DNA from: Nostoc sp.
GTDB taxonomy: Bacteria > Cyanobacteriota > Cyanobacteriia > Cyanobacteriales > Nostocaceae
Direction: 5' to 3'
DNA length: 64,000 bases
NCBI GenBank assembly: GCA_036918135.1
Contig: JBALDB010000006.1
Location: 1-64,000 of the forward strand
Position numbers and translations under genes: made by a program. The notes beneath the pieces were generated by a model that searched no databases, was not told where the DNA came from, and saw only the letters and a list, made by a program, of their open reading frames with translations. This document shows positions 19,284-31,613 of the stretch, in pieces. How positions within the stretch are numbered: the stretch's first letter is position 1; each line of letters opens with the position of its first letter.

Positions 19284-19523
19284 ATATATAAATAAATAAT
19301 CCTTAAATCAGGTATTATAACTCAGAATAGTTAAAAAATACAAAGTCTATTTTGGTTATAAATATACTTAAATTAGCAAATAATAAACAGTTATCAGGCG
19401 TTTGTGCAGTGTTATGACACACCAACGTTTACCACAAAATTTTATGGAATTTGAGTAAACGCACAAAACTGATAACTGTTAAAGAGAACCAAACTCGATA
19501 AACTCCTAACTCCCAACCTTTTA

Positions 19524-20996
19524 TTAAAACCTTTCCACTCCTTCAAATTGCTTGAGAGCTGATGCATTTGCTGCTTCACCACAAGTCCGTGGTGTGGGGA
19601 ATATCTTTTCCGGATTTGCTAATCCTTGAGGATTAAAAACTTGGCGTATCCATTGCATAGTTTCTAAATCAACTTGGCTAAACATCTGTGGCATATAACA
19701 CTTTTTCTCTTCCCCAATACCATGTTCGCCAGAAATACTACCACCGACTTGCACGCAAAGCTTGAGAATTTTTCCTCCCATTTCTTCTACTTTCTCTAAT
19801 GCTCCATGCACAGAATTATCATAAAGAATTAGTGGATGAAGATTGCCATCACCAGCGTGAAAAACATTAGCAACTCGATAACCATATTGTTCGCTTAACA
19901 TCTCAATTTCATGCAATACATGAGGTAACTGAGTCCGAGGAATTACACCATCTTGTACATAATAATCTGGACTTAAATGCCCAGCAGCAGCAAAAGCAGC
20001 TTTACGTCCTTTCCATAATTTCAATCGCGTTTCTGGGTCATTAGCAGAAGTTACATTGCGCGCACCATTCTTTTTACAAATTTCTGTTATTCGCTGCTTA
20101 TTACCTGCGACTTCGACTTCTAAACCGTCAATTTCTATTAGTAAAATAGCAGTAGCATCGCGGGGATAACAATTAGTTGCAACAACATCTTCAACTGCAT
20201 TGATACTAAAGTTATCCATCATTTCCATCCCACCAGGAATAATTCCGGCGCTGATGATATCAGAAACAGTTGCCCCAGCAGCCTCAATACTAGTAAAATC
20301 TGCCAACAGCACACAAATTGATTCTGCACTTTTGAGAATTCGCAAAGTAATTTCTGTAGCAATTCCTAAAGTGCCTTCAGAACCAACAAAAACACCTGTT
20401 AAATCATAACCAGGCATTTCTGGAATTTGTCCGCCTAAATCAACAATTTCCCCTAACGGCGTGACAATTTTTAATCCTAAAACATGGTTAGTAGTCACGC
20501 CATATTTGAGACAATGCACCCCACCAGAATTTTCTGCAATATTTCCGCCAATAGAGCAAATAATTTGACTAGAAGGGTCAGGAGCGTAGTAAAAACCAGC
20601 ACCACTAACAGCTTGTGTTACCCAACTATTAATCACCCCTGGTTGCACAACTGTGCGTTGATTTTCCAAATCAATGCTGAGGATTTGCCGCATTAATGAA
20701 GTGACAATTAAAACCGAATCCTCCAACGGTAAAGCACCGCCAGATAGACCGGTACCAGAGCCACGGGCTATGAAAGGGATAGAATATTGGTTGCATATTT
20801 TCACAACTTCGGCAACTTGTTCTGTAGTTCTGGGTAACACTACCACAGCCGGACGTTGACGATAGCCTGTTAAACCATCGCATTCATAGGTAATAAGTTC
20901 TTCACGGCGTTGCACTACACCATTTTTTCCAAGTACACCCTCGAATGCTTTGATAATGGGTTTCCAGTTGCGTTGTTTTTTCTCTTGAGTAAGCAT
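19524..20996 (-). CDS. glcD: Glycolate oxidase/dehydrogenase FAD subunit
   Basis: ARGSGTGLSGGA, APDPSSQ, ENSGGVHCLKYG, GSEGTLG, HAGDGNLHP, SGEHGIG. Confidence 0.95.
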   Translation of the reverse strand: MLTQEKKQRNWKPIIKAFEGVLGKNGVVQRREELITYECDGLTGYRQRPAVVVLPRTTEQVAEVVKICNQYSIPFIARGSGTGLSGGALPLEDSVLIVTSLMRQILSIDLENQRTVVQPGVINSWVTQAVSGAGFYYAPDPSSQIICSIGGNIAENSGGVHCLKYGVTTNHVLGLKIVTPLGEIVDLGGQIPEMPGYDLTGVFVGSEGTLGIATEITLRILKSAESICVLLADFTSIEAAGATVSDIISAGIIPGGMEMMDNFSINAVEDVVATNCYPRDATAILLIEIDGLEVEVAGNKQRITEICKKNGARNVTSANDPETRLKLWKGRKAAFAAAGHLSPDYYVQDGVIPRTQLPHVLHEIEMLSEQYGYRVANVFHAGDGNLHPLILYDNSVHGALEKVEEMGGKILKLCVQVGGSISGEHGIGEEKKCYMPQMFSQVDLETMQWIRQVFNPQGLANPEKIFPTPRTCGEAANASALKQFEGVERF

Positions 20997-21239
20997 AGTT
21001 TCTTAAAGTTCAAGGTAGATGTTGCAGGCTGGTTAGTATAGCTGTAATTACTATTGTTGCAAGAATAGCAGTCAAAAGTGAGTAAAAGCGATCGCACTTC
21101 ATCTTCAGCAATAATTTTGCTCGGTGGAGAGGAGGCGATCCCATCACTTATATTTATTAATGGAGGATATGCATTTAAGCGATATCAAGAAATGATAATC
21201 ATATCAATTGCAAATTAGTGCTTAAAGCTTGACAAACTA

Positions 21240-22502
21240 CTAATCAATAAACATGCCTCTTTTGTCGATAATCCGCTCTTGCCCACCAATTTCGACCTTT
21301 GCTCGTCCATCCCTAAAAGAAAAAGCCATATCAAACATAGGTTTAATTACCCAAGAACCGCTTTTGTCAATATAGCCCCACTTGCCACCACTTCCACCAC
21401 CGAATAAGCTCTCCCTTCCACCAATATTAACTGCTGCCCATCCTTCATAAAAGTCGCGAGCTATGTCAAACTGCACTTGAATAACAAACTTCCCTGCCCG
21501 ATCAACATAACCATACTTATCACTAATTTTGACTAATTTTAGTGAGGCAACAGATAATTGTAAAGCTAGTTGAGCTAGGTTTGCAAAACGAGCTTTTGGT
21601 GAAGAAACAGCCGATTTTAGTCTTAGTTGAGCTTGCTTGAAAGCTTGCATTCTTACTGAGGTAACAGATGATTGTGAATTGAATAAAGCCAGTTTTAAAG
21701 CTTGTAATGCCTCTTCTGCATTTTTGTATCGCTGTCCGAAATCACGTTGTACCATTTTTGTTAAAAAATTGGCTAGTCCATCGTTAATTTGAGCATAATC
21801 GCGCCATATTAATTCTAAAGTCTTAGATTTCGGCAGTTGTTGTGGCATTAATCCAGTCAAAGCTTGGATTGCTGTCATTCCTAAAGCATATATATCACTG
21901 CAAAGCTGAGGATGCCCTTCCCATTGCTCACTTGGCATATAATCACGAGTACCAATGGTAATTGTACTGCTGATTTGCCCTTGAATATTGATTTTAAATG
22001 TGCTAATTTCTTTGATTGCTCCAAAGTCTATGAGGACAAGCTTATTATCCAAATATCGCCGCATCAAATTCAATGGCTTAATATCTCGGTGAATCACATT
22101 ATGTTGATGGACAAAAGCTAACACCTCCAAAATTTCTTGTAAAAGTTGAATTACATCAGCTTCACTTCAGGGTTTTCCTAAAATGATTTCGTTACTCAAG
22201 TCATGCCCTTCAATGAATTCCTGGACAAGATAAAATTCTTTATTTTACTCGAAAAAGTCATATAGTTCAGGAATTTGCGGATGTTCCTTACCCAATTTGA
22301 ATAGAATTGCTGCTTCTTTTTTAAACCTTTCTTCTGTATCTAAGTCTGGTGTTGGGGGTCTGACCAACCGTTTAATGACACATTTATACTTGGGGCTAAC
22401 AGGTAAATCCTGTGGGTATTCAGCCAAATAGGTTTCCCCAAACCCACCTGCTCCCAATTTATTTATAATCTTGTAACGCTGTCGCAGTATATATCCAATC
22501 AT
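21240..22502 (-). pseudogene. Ser/Thr kinase + WG-repeat pseudogene
   Basis: The two ORF-track pieces share one frame and are joined by YDFFE*NKEFYLVQEFIEGHDLSNEIILGKP*SEADVIQLLQEILEVL (TAA 22245-22247, TGA 22167-22169). Kinase motifs are canonical; C-terminal KYGYVD/KWGYID repeats. Confidence 0.88.
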
Positions 22503-22635
22503 GATGCAGATGTTAGAGACTGCTTCGTGTAGATTTTGGCACAAATTACCTGATAACAGCATCCTTGTTGCTAAGTACTCTCTTATCCTCTATCAATTAA
22601 CCTAGAAATAACGCTATCAAATACTGGATAAAGTC

Positions 22636-23343
22636 ATGGTTCAGCAAGTTCTAATCAATGATGATGATTACTATGTGCCAAATGCCAACCAGCTAGTCAC
22701 TGAAGATGATATACCTGTGGACAATTTTGCATCTGAAAAACAACAACGCCTCTTGGTAGGATGTCTTTATAGTTCTCTACAGCAGCAGACTTTTTTAGCA
22801 GCGGCAAATGTTGGAATTTACTATACAGACGGACAACCTGCAATTGTACCTGATATTTTTCTCAGCTTAGATGTGCAAGTGCCTGAAAATTGGTGGGAAA
22901 AACAAAATCGTTGTTATATGGTTTGGCGCTTTGGTAAACCTCCAGAAGTTGTGATTGAAATTGTTTCTAATAAAGAAGGTGATGAACTGGGCAAAAAGCT
23001 GCAAATTTATGAACACATGCGGGCAAGTTACTACATCGTATATGATCCAAATCAGCAATTAGGAGAGAAAGTACTACGCGTTTATGAACTTAGAGGAAGG
23101 CGCTATTTTGAAACTTCAGAAAATTGGTTGGAACAAGTTGGTTTAGGCATAACTTTGTGGGAAGGTGAATTTGAAGGTAGACAGGATCATTGGCTACGCT
23201 GGTGCTACCAAGATGGTAATATTTTATCGACTGGAGATGAACGCGCCGAACAGGAACGACAACGTGCTGAACAAGCAGAACAACGCACCCAATTACTAGC
23301 AGATAGTCTACGGGCTATGGGCGTAGATCCCAATACTCTTTAG
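22636..23343 (+). CDS. Uma2-family endonuclease-like protein
   Basis: PDIFLSL, PPEVVIEIVS, YYIVYDP, WLRWC, ERAEQERQRAEQ tail. Confidence 0.92.
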   Translation: MVQQVLINDDDYYVPNANQLVTEDDIPVDNFASEKQQRLLVGCLYSSLQQQTFLAAANVGIYYTDGQPAIVPDIFLSLDVQVPENWWEKQNRCYMVWRFGKPPEVVIEIVSNKEGDELGKKLQIYEHMRASYYIVYDPNQQLGEKVLRVYELRGRRYFETSENWLEQVGLGITLWEGEFEGRQDHWLRWCYQDGNILSTGDERAEQERQRAEQAEQRTQLLADSLRAMGVDPNTL

Positions 23344-23399
23344 GACACTTGCTGTAAAGAGGCAAAAAAACTTTACGTCTTTACATGAGCAAAAATTTA

Positions 23400-24314
23400 T
23401 CACGAACTTGTGCAAATTATAAACTCATTTATACGATGCCAAACCTTCTCTAATACATTAGGATCATCTGCATCAAACCATTCAATTTGTGGATATGCTC
23501 GAAACCAAGTACGTTGGCGCTTGGCAAACTGCCGCGTATGTAAAATTGTTAATTCTTTCGCTTCATCTAAGGAAATATCCCCAGCCAAATATTGCTTTAT
23601 TTCTTGATATCCCAAAGTATTCAATAAAGACAAATCAGCGCCATATTTTTGGCAAAGATATTCCACTTCAGCGACTAAACCATTTGCTATCATTTGCTCA
23701 GTACGCTGTTGAATACGAGCAGCCAACCTCTCAACATTGCAATCTAAACCTATTTGTAAAATCGGATAATTTGGTGGATTCTCCCCTTGCTGTTCTGAAA
23801 TAGGATATCCAGTTACATAATATACTTCTAAAGCTCGTAAAGTTCGTACTGAATCATTAGCATGAATTTTTTGTGCTGCAACAGGATCGACTTGTTGTAA
23901 CATTGCATAAATTTGATTTTGACCAAGAGATTCAAGTTGCGAGCGCAATTCATTTTGCGGTGCCACCCGTGGAATTTTCATCCCTTGAACAATCGAACGT
24001 ATGTATAAACCAGTACCACCTACTAAGAAGAGTGGGACAGATAAGGGACAGGGGAGAAAATTAATTAGGGCTTGCGCTTGTTGTTGATACTCTGCTACTG
24101 TCATCGTGTCTGTGGCGTCGCAGATATCTATTAAGTAGTGCCGCACTAATTTTTGTTCCACCAAACTTGGCTTAGCCGTGCCGATATCAAACTTACGATA
24201 AACTTGACGAGAGTCAGCACTGATAATTATAGAACCTAACCGCATTGCCAAAGCCAAAGCCAACCCTGACTTACCCGTTGCTGTCGCTCCACAAATTACA
24301 ATTAATTTTGTCAT
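23400..24314 (-). CDS. miaA: tRNA dimethylallyltransferase
   Basis: GATATGKS, SADSRQVY, IGTAKP, VGGTGLY, TRQFAKRQRTWF. Confidence 0.97.
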   Translation of the reverse strand: MTKLIVICGATATGKSGLALALAMRLGSIIISADSRQVYRKFDIGTAKPSLVEQKLVRHYLIDICDATDTMTVAEYQQQAQALINFLPCPLSVPLFLVGGTGLYIRSIVQGMKIPRVAPQNELRSQLESLGQNQIYAMLQQVDPVAAQKIHANDSVRTLRALEVYYVTGYPISEQQGENPPNYPILQIGLDCNVERLAARIQQRTEQMIANGLVAEVEYLCQKYGADLSLLNTLGYQEIKQYLAGDISLDEAKELTILHTRQFAKRQRTWFRAYPQIEWFDADDPNVLEKVWHRINEFIICTSS

Positions 24315-24470
24315 TTATCATTAGTTATTGGTTATTAGGCATTGGGCATTGGGCATGAGAGTGATGAGTTAGGAGTTAGAAGTTAAGAATTATTCTCCTT
24401 GTCCCCTTGTCTCTCCCTGCCTCCCTTATCTCCCTCATCTCCCCCTGCCCCCCTACCCCTCTGCCCCTTA
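24312..24470. repeat. STRR-type short tandem repeat tract between miaA and gyrB
   Basis: GGCATTG, GAGTTAG and CTCCCC-rich units. Confidence 0.6.
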
Positions 24471-24611
24471 CTACGGGACTGCAACCCCTGTATAAACTTC
24501 TCTTTAAAATGCCCTACAGACGCCAGCAAGGCTTTTGTGTTACAATTTTGGAGTGTTTTGACTTTCATTTGCCTTTTGGCGACTTAAACCCCACGCATCA
24601 GGAGAATTTAC

Positions 24612-26549
24612 ATGACGAGCAGTTACAGTGCCGATCAGATTCAAGTTCTGGAAGGTCTGGAAGCCGTCCGCAAACGACCAGGAATGTACATCGGTACTAC
24701 CGGGCCGCGAGGACTCCACCATTTAGTTTATGAGGTGGTGGACAATTCAATTGATGAGGCTTTGGCGGGTTACTGCACCCATATAGAGGTGGATATCAAC
24801 GCTGATGGTTCTGTAACTGTAACAGATGATGGTCGGGGTATTCCCACAGATACTCACTCACGAACCGGGAAATCAGCTTTGGAAACTGTGTTAACCGTAC
24901 TCCACGCTGGGGGTAAGTTTGGCGGCGGTGGTTACAAAGTTTCTGGAGGATTGCACGGAGTTGGTATTTCTGTCGTTAATGCCTTATCTGAGATTGTAGA
25001 AGTTACAGTTTGGCGAGATAAAAAAGTTCATACTCAACGCTATGAACGAGGTGTGCCAGTTACCGATTTGCAAGTCAAACCTTATAAAGAAGCTAGAACT
25101 GGAACTTCTGTCAGCTTCAAGCCAGATAGCCAAATTTTTACTACTGGTATTGAGTTTGATTATATTACTTTATCAGGTCGTCTCCGGGAACTGGCGTATC
25201 TGAACGCTGGTGTCAAAATTACCTTTAGCGACCACCGTTTGGAATTACTCAAAAGCGATGCACCCAAGGTAGAATCCTACGAATACAAGGGTGGCATTAA
25301 AGAGTATATCGCTTACATGAATCGTGAAAAGCAGCCACTACATGAAGAAATTATCTATGTCCAAGGGGAACGGAACAACGTTCAAGTGGAAGTTTCTTTA
25401 CAGTGGTGTACTGATGCTTATACGGATAACGTGCTAGGTTTTGCTAATAATATTCGTACGGTAGATGGTGGAACGCACTTAGAAGGATTAAAAGCAGTTC
25501 TGACTCGGACATTAAATGCTATCGCCCGCAAGCGCAATAAAATAAAAGAAAATGAACCCAACCTGAGTGGCGAACATGTCCGCGAAGGTTTAACAGCGGT
25601 AATTTCTGTAAAAGTCCCCGACCCAGAATTTGAAGGACAAACTAAAACCAAACTGGGTAACACTGAAGTCCGGGGAATTGTCGATTCTTTGGTGGGAGAA
25701 GTTCTCACCGAGTACCTAGAATTTCACCCCAGTGTTGCTGATGCGATTCTAGATAAAGCTATCCAAGCTTTCAAAGCCGCAGAAGCCGCACGTCATGCGC
25801 GGGAATTAGTCAGGCGTAAATCTGTACTCGAATCTTCGCCATTACCTGGAAAATTGGCAGATTGTAGTTCTCGCGATCCCGGCGAATCAGAGATTTTCAT
25901 CGTGGAAGGCGACTCAGCCGGCGGAAGTGCCAAACAAGGACGCGATCGCCGCACTCAAGCTATCTTGCCTTTACGTGGTAAAATCCTCAATATTGAAAAA
26001 ACTGACGACGCGAAAATCTATAAAAATAATGAAGTTCAAGCGTTAATTACAGCACTCGGTTTAGGTGTTAAAGGCGAAGAATTCGACGCTTCCCAACTGC
26101 GCTATCACCGCATAGTGATTATGACTGACGCCGACGTAGATGGAGCGCACATCCGCACTTTGTTGTTAACTTTCTTCTATCGGTATCAGCGATCGCTAAT
26201 TGAGCAAGGCTTTATTTATATTGCTTGTCCCCCATTATATAAAGTAGAACGTGGGCGCAATCATGAATATTGCTATAGCGATCGCGAAAAAGACCAAACA
26301 ATTGCCAAATTTCCAGCCAACGCCAATTACACCATCCAACGCTTCAAAGGTTTGGGTGAAATGATGCCACAACAACTCTGGGACACCACAATGAACCCAG
26401 AAACTCGCAAGCTCAAGCAAGTTGAAATCGAGGATGCTGCCGAAGCCGATCGCATTTTCACTATTTTAATGGGCGATCGTGTTGCACCTAGAAGAGAATT
26501 CATTGAAACCTATGGTTCTAAACTCAACTTCACGGATCTAGATATTTAA
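24612..26549 (+). CDS. gyrB: DNA gyrase subunit B
   Basis: [58 protein letters not shown]. Confidence 0.98.
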   Translation: MTSSYSADQIQVLEGLEAVRKRPGMYIGTTGPRGLHHLVYEVVDNSIDEALAGYCTHIEVDINADGSVTVTDDGRGIPTDTHSRTGKSALETVLTVLHAGGKFGGGGYKVSGGLHGVGISVVNALSEIVEVTVWRDKKVHTQRYERGVPVTDLQVKPYKEARTGTSVSFKPDSQIFTTGIEFDYITLSGRLRELAYLNAGVKITFSDHRLELLKSDAPKVESYEYKGGIKEYIAYMNREKQPLHEEIIYVQGERNNVQVEVSLQWCTDAYTDNVLGFANNIRTVDGGTHLEGLKAVLTRTLNAIARKRNKIKENEPNLSGEHVREGLTAVISVKVPDPEFEGQTKTKLGNTEVRGIVDSLVGEVLTEYLEFHPSVADAILDKAIQAFKAAEAARHARELVRRKSVLESSPLPGKLADCSSRDPGESEIFIVEGDSAGGSAKQGRDRRTQAILPLRGKILNIEKTDDAKIYKNNEVQALITALGLGVKGEEFDASQLRYHRIVIMTDADVDGAHIRTLLLTFFYRYQRSLIEQGFIYIACPPLYKVERGRNHEYCYSDREKDQTIAKFPANANYTIQRFKGLGEMMPQQLWDTTMNPETRKLKQVEIEDAAEADRIFTILMGDRVAPRREFIETYGSKLNFTDLDI

Positions 26550-26589
26550 TTCAATTTTTTCTCACCACTCTAATAATTTGTGATGCTGG

Positions 26590-26624
26590 TAATGGGTGAT
26601 GGGTAGAAAACCTATTACCCATTA
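26590..26624 (+). terminator. Probable gyrB terminator hairpin
   Basis: TAATGGGTGATGGGT...ACCTATTACCCATTA. Confidence 0.5.
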
Positions 26625-26655
26625 ACTTTTCGAGCGTTTCTACATTCTCATTATT

Positions 26656-26762
26656 TATAGCAGGAGGCAGGAGGCTTTAGCGCGGAGGCAGGAGATAAAA
26701 CTATTGCTAACTCTCTTCTTTCACCCTTTCAAAATGTCCTAAAGAGTGTGACTACGGCTATA
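26656..26762 (+). mobile_element. MITE-like family A copy 2
   Basis: TATAGC...GCTATA ends; the last 67 bp are identical to the inverted copy at 52578. Confidence 0.85.
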
Positions 26763-27015
26763 AAGGAAAATTTCTGACTGACAGCAATTTTCATCTTAAT
26801 CAGTAGACTAATCTCGCCCCTTGCCAATTCAGAATATGTCCTAATTTCTATTATTCAAACTACCTCTTTTGACTGATGACAAATCAATAGATTAGTAAAA
26901 TTTTAGTAATAGTATCTTTTACATTAAAAATTATGTCATTATATGAGTGACTATATTTAGAAATTCATTAACTATTGTCAATAATTACATATTTAATTAG
27001 ATTTTATACAAAATT

Positions 27016-27687
27016 ATGGAACCGAGCAAAGGCATAGTAGGAAAAGTATTTTTTAATATTGTTGGCATAGGTAGTCTGATTGCTCTGTCTGCGTGTGCTA
27101 CGCCTGTGACAGAAACTCCCACAGCAACTGTCCCTCCCATTGCCCAAACTCCTGTAACAACTGCTCCTCCTATTGCCCAAACTCCGGTAACAACTCCTTC
27201 TCCTGTTACGCCAACTCCCATTCCGACCCAAAATTTAGCAGAACTGGTAAAAACAGCAGCGGCTCAGGGACAGTTTAAAACTCTCATCCGAGCAGTAGAA
27301 GCCGCAGGCTTAACTCAACAATTAACCGCACCAGGCCCTTACACAGTTTTTGCACCTAGTGATGCCGCTTTCTCTGCTTTACCAAAAGCTACTCTAGACA
27401 AACTTTTACAGCCCAGTAACAAACAACAATTAGTTAGACTTTTGGCTTACCATGTTATACCCGGGCAGATTAACTCCCAACAATTGACATCTGGACAAGT
27501 CAAAACCGTGGAGGGCACTCCCGTTCAAATTACAGTAGATCGTGTTAGTAAAACCATAACCGTCAATAACGCTAAAGTAACTCAGCCTGATATCCCAGCT
27601 AGCAATGGTATCGTTCACATAGTTGATAAGGTGATTCTTCCACCCAATTTTCCGGCAAGTCTAAACCCGACCCCAACACCACGGTAG
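27016..27687 (+). CDS. Fasciclin (FAS1) domain lipoprotein
   Basis: Lipobox LSAC, Pro/Thr linker with duplicated PPIAQTPVTT, YTVFAPSDAAF, LAYHVIPG, SNGIVHIVDKV. Confidence 0.93.
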   Translation: MEPSKGIVGKVFFNIVGIGSLIALSACATPVTETPTATVPPIAQTPVTTAPPIAQTPVTTPSPVTPTPIPTQNLAELVKTAAAQGQFKTLIRAVEAAGLTQQLTAPGPYTVFAPSDAAFSALPKATLDKLLQPSNKQQLVRLLAYHVIPGQINSQQLTSGQVKTVEGTPVQITVDRVSKTITVNNAKVTQPDIPASNGIVHIVDKVILPPNFPASLNPTPTPR

Positions 27688-29363
27688 TTCAGCAAAGCTA
27701 ACATCTTAGTTTTATATCAGCAGGAAACTAAAATAAGTCAACAAAAGCCTCTGAGGTCAACGTTCCTCAAACGCCAATTGCTCTGTACCTGTTAACCCGT
27801 CCACCGCAGGGCTACTTAACCTATACCTGTTGTTGCGGCGTTTTAATTGTAATATTTTTACTAGCAGTGTTTATACTACTTTAACTCCTAATCCTTAACC
27901 CTAGTATTGTTTGTGTTGTTTTAGAGTCTATTCAATATAACCTACAAGCACTATTAGTTAATGCTACATACACTACAAAATTTATTGATTTTTTAGTTAG
28001 TAATTCATCATATAATTCGAGCTATTGTAAAGATTTAAAAAAATATATACACAAATCCTGGCGTACCAACTTTATTGGAAATTATTCGATTGACTTCACT
28101 TGCCTAACTTGCTGATTAATTTTCCCCATCAGCGAGAAATACATTTGTTATGCTTAAATAACATAACTAAATCTCATTTATCAAATAACAATTAATAAGT
28201 ATCGTGAGGCTTTGCGAGCGACAAACAATAAATAAACCAAAAATTACTGAATTTGAAGTACTAAAATTGACAAATATTTTACTGAAGCAAAGCTATTGGG
28301 CAAATCTTTGAGTTTTCTTTACTCAAGGTAATACCTAATGCAACCAAGCATTATTTGACTAAAAACTTGTTAATATCTTCATGTAATACAGTAGGAATAG
28401 CAATTGCATCGGATGTATCTAATGTACTTGTGTCTTCGGTAAACTAATATCAACAATCTTCTAACACAAATCCTTTTTCAATTGATTAAAATATCCTTGT
28501 ATACAATAAAAAGAGTTTGTCAAGTTTCATAGGGCTGAAATCGCCACAGTGCGCTAATGTGTGAATAAGACCAAATTAGTAAAATCTAAAGAGATCTACT
28601 ATCAGGTCGATTCTGCCATAACCTCGACTCCTCAGTTAAGGTAATTATTATGCAGAAGGTTAACTGCTTCCAGGCAAGCACCACCATTGTTGTTGTATTT
28701 GTTCAAAGGAAAACCCACTTTGATCCAAGGATTCAATCATTTATCAAGGAAATGTAAAATGGTAAGGTTAAGACTTTTCGCCTGAGTTAAGATAATAATG
28801 CACACTTTCTCAGTAATTTATGTTGTGTAAAATACATGAAATTGAGCAGAACAAAGTGTACTTAACTTTTGAATGTAATCAAAGAACCACTGCAATTCCG
28901 AAAAGAGTAGAAAATATTTAAGAGTGTGATTCGCCTTCTTAATGTCTTTTTGGTAAAAGTGGATAACACTTGCTTAATGAATTCATGAGCTATACACAAA
29001 AAGGGTGCAATTTCTGTGAAACAGGCTACAATCGGAAGAGTCTTTATAGAAAAATCTGCCAAAAGTCTGAATTTGTTTGTATCGAGTGGTAAGTTTTTGA
29101 TAAAGGCGAGTCTTTTTTTAAGACCAGTCACTTAAAAACTATATGTGATAGCAACACATATCACATTTACTAAAGTGGTCAAGTTCAGCTTTAGTAGTGA
29201 CTTAGGCTAAAATAAAAAGCCCTCTTACGGAGGTGCAAAAAAGCCGAAAATATCTCTGGTAAATCTGCCAAAAAGCTTATTTTCGGTCGCCAACTAGCTC
29301 GTTTAAAAGAGCATTAAACACATCTTGAGTAATTGATTCTGCAAGGAGCATGAGGAACGCGGC

Positions 29364-30533
29364 ATGAACCAGGCTAACAACGTACTCGAAAGCATATATC
29401 AGCCTGACCTAGAAATAATGAATCAGCCTGAGCTCGAGTTAGAAGAACTCTTAATTGATGAAGAAGAGGACTTGCTGATCGTAGATGAAGGTGAAGATGA
29501 GTTTTTAGAGCCTCAGTCTGATGAGGACGACGCAAAGTCTGGAAAAGCCGCTAAATCGCGTCGTCGGACACAAAGCAAGAAAAAGCACTACACTGAAGAT
29601 TCGATTCGGCTTTACTTACAAGAAATCGGTAGAATTCGCCTACTACGGGCAGATGAAGAAATTGAATTAGCCCGTAAGATAGCTGATTTGCTTGAATTAG
29701 AAAGGGTACGGGAAAGACTTTCAGAACAGTTAGATCGCGATCCTCGTGATAGTGAATGGGCAGAAGCCGTCCAACTGCCACTTCCAGCTTTTCGTTATCG
29801 CCTACATGTTGGACGCAGGGCGAAAGACAAGATGGTGCAATCTAACTTGCGTCTTGTGGTTTCAATTGCTAAGAAATACATGAATCGTGGTTTGTCTTTC
29901 CAAGATTTAATTCAGGAAGGCAGTCTTGGTTTGATTCGCGCCGCTGAAAAGTTTGACCACGAGAAAGGTTATAAATTTTCTACCTATGCTACATGGTGGA
30001 TTCGTCAAGCAATTACCAGAGCGATCGCCGATCAATCCCGCACTATTCGCCTTCCAGTCCACCTCTACGAAACCATTTCTCGAATTAAGAAAACCACCAA
30101 ACTTTTATCTCAAGAAATGGGTCGTAAACCCACAGAAGAAGAAATCGCTACTCGCATGGAAATGACCATTGAGAAGTTGCGGTTTATTGCTAAATCTGCC
30201 CAGTTACCTATTTCATTAGAAACGCCGATTGGTAAAGAAGAAGATTCTCGATTGGGCGATTTTATTGAATCTGATGGTGAAACGCCAGAAGACCAAGTTT
30301 CTAAAAATCTGTTGCGTGAAGATTTAGAAAAAGTTCTCGATAGTCTCAGCCCTCGCGAACGCGATGTTCTCAGACTGCGGTACGGCTTGGATGATGGTCG
30401 AATGAAGACACTTGAAGAAATTGGACAGATTTTCAACGTTACCCGCGAACGGATTCGTCAAATTGAGGCGAAGGCACTCCGCAAGTTACGTCATCCAAAT
30501 CGCAACAGCGTTCTCAAGGAATATATTCGATAA
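29364..30533 (+). CDS. sigA: Principal (group 1) sigma factor
   Basis: [57 protein letters not shown]. Confidence 0.97.
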   Translation: MNQANNVLESIYQPDLEIMNQPELELEELLIDEEEDLLIVDEGEDEFLEPQSDEDDAKSGKAAKSRRRTQSKKKHYTEDSIRLYLQEIGRIRLLRADEEIELARKIADLLELERVRERLSEQLDRDPRDSEWAEAVQLPLPAFRYRLHVGRRAKDKMVQSNLRLVVSIAKKYMNRGLSFQDLIQEGSLGLIRAAEKFDHEKGYKFSTYATWWIRQAITRAIADQSRTIRLPVHLYETISRIKKTTKLLSQEMGRKPTEEEIATRMEMTIEKLRFIAKSAQLPISLETPIGKEEDSRLGDFIESDGETPEDQVSKNLLREDLEKVLDSLSPRERDVLRLRYGLDDGRMKTLEEIGQIFNVTRERIRQIEAKALRKLRHPNRNSVLKEYIR

Positions 30534-30554
30534 TCAAGAGTGATTATATCAATA

Positions 30555-30596
30555 GTCATTAGTCATTAATAAATAAACAAATGACTAATGACAAAC
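30555..30596. repeat. Inverted STRR (GTCATTA / ATGACTA)
   Basis: AGTCATTAGTCATT...AATGACTAATGAC. Confidence 0.6.
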
Positions 30597-30600
30597 AAAT

Positions 30601-30640
30601 AAAGAACCTGGTAGTGAATTAGCACTCCAGGTTTTTTTAT
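30601..30640. terminator. Terminator between convergent sigA and hli
   Basis: AACCTGGTAGTG-AATTAG-CACTCCAGGTT followed by a T-run. Confidence 0.75.
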
Positions 30641-30666
30641 TTATAGGTCATTTTGAATATTAAAAC

Positions 30667-30852
30667 TTAGAGGATACCCCAGAAGTGTAGGAAACCTTGA
30701 CCAGAAAAAAGTTCAACTAGCACCGCCGCTAAAAAGCCAATCATTGCTAAGCGGCCGTTCCAAATTTCTGCTTGTGGGGTAAAGCCCCAACGCCAAGCAT
30801 TACGATCTTCAACTACCGGAGTAGTAACTTTTGTTGTAGTTGCATTTGTCAT
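30667..30852 (-). CDS. hli: High-light-inducible protein (HLIP/CAB-ELIP)
   Basis: [19 protein letters not shown] (ExxNGRxAM motif). Confidence 0.95.
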   Translation of the reverse strand: MTNATTTKVTTPVVEDRNAWRWGFTPQAEIWNGRLAMIGFLAAVLVELFSGQGFLHFWGIL

Positions 30853-31342
30853 CGTTTGTCTCCAAACTTAATTTTTAAGCTTTATTGCCTTACGTAAACT
30901 AATATAACAAATCTTTTTACAAAAGCAACATTTTTTATAATTTTGTTGCGATGACTTGACATTGACAATCATAATTTCTTAATAGGGCTAAACATCTATC
31001 TTTGGATACAACTGCTAAAGAATTTTGGCAGAGTTTAATAATTGGTGTTGTAGAACAGGAGGATGAATTTAGGTAAGCAGGGGGAGAATTTTATCAGTTG
31101 CTAAATCATCCCTTAATTCAGCAAATCTAATAATTTCATTGAGACTATTTTGCAATTATTTTAACATTTAAGTAGTTATTGATGGCTAGACTCATTGTAA
31201 AGCCAGAATTTTAATTACAGGTAGAAATCCATTAACTATGATTTAATTAGTATTTTTTAGTATTAATTCTGAAATCGAAAGATTGAAAGTACCTTCTTTA
31301 CCACCTTTACGAGTAAAGAGTTAAGTGATTAAGACTACTTTA

Positions 31343-31449
31343 TATAGCACTAGGCAGGAGGAAGAAGGCAGGAGGCAGGAGGTAAAACTATTACTGCTCC
31401 TAACATTCACGCTTGTCATTATGTCCTAAAGGGTATGACTACGGGTATA
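31343..31449 (+). mobile_element. MITE-like family A copy 3
   Basis: TATAGC...GCAGGAG units...ATGTCCTAAAGGGTATGACTACGGGTATA. Confidence 0.8.
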
Positions 31450-31613
31450 TCAACGCACTCGCTAAAACTATTAATTTAGCTTTGTCATCCGGATAGTTAA
31501 GCTAGAGTTATTAAAATAAAACTAATTTATAATATCAAGCAATATTAATTTAATAAATTAATATTTATGTTTGAGTTTAATGCGATCGCAACAAGATAAC
31601 TCAAATTTACAAA

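Noticed and set aside
22167..22169. TGA as selenocysteine or programmed read-through
   Set aside because: A TAA lies upstream in the same frame and the position fits a mutated Trp codon
24383..24733. Pro/Gly-rich short ORFs between miaA and gyrB (also 42048-42473 and 52527-52805)
   Set aside because: Translations of STRR or MITE sequence, or shadows of real genes
30895..30945. HLR1 (RpaB) boxes upstream of hli
   Set aside because: TTTACAAA-like half-sites are present but the spacing does not match the direct-repeat consensus
31488..31493. Second intergenic TCCGGA as a DIF1 promoter
   Set aside because: No GTA-like box at the expected spacing on either strand and no adjacent gene start
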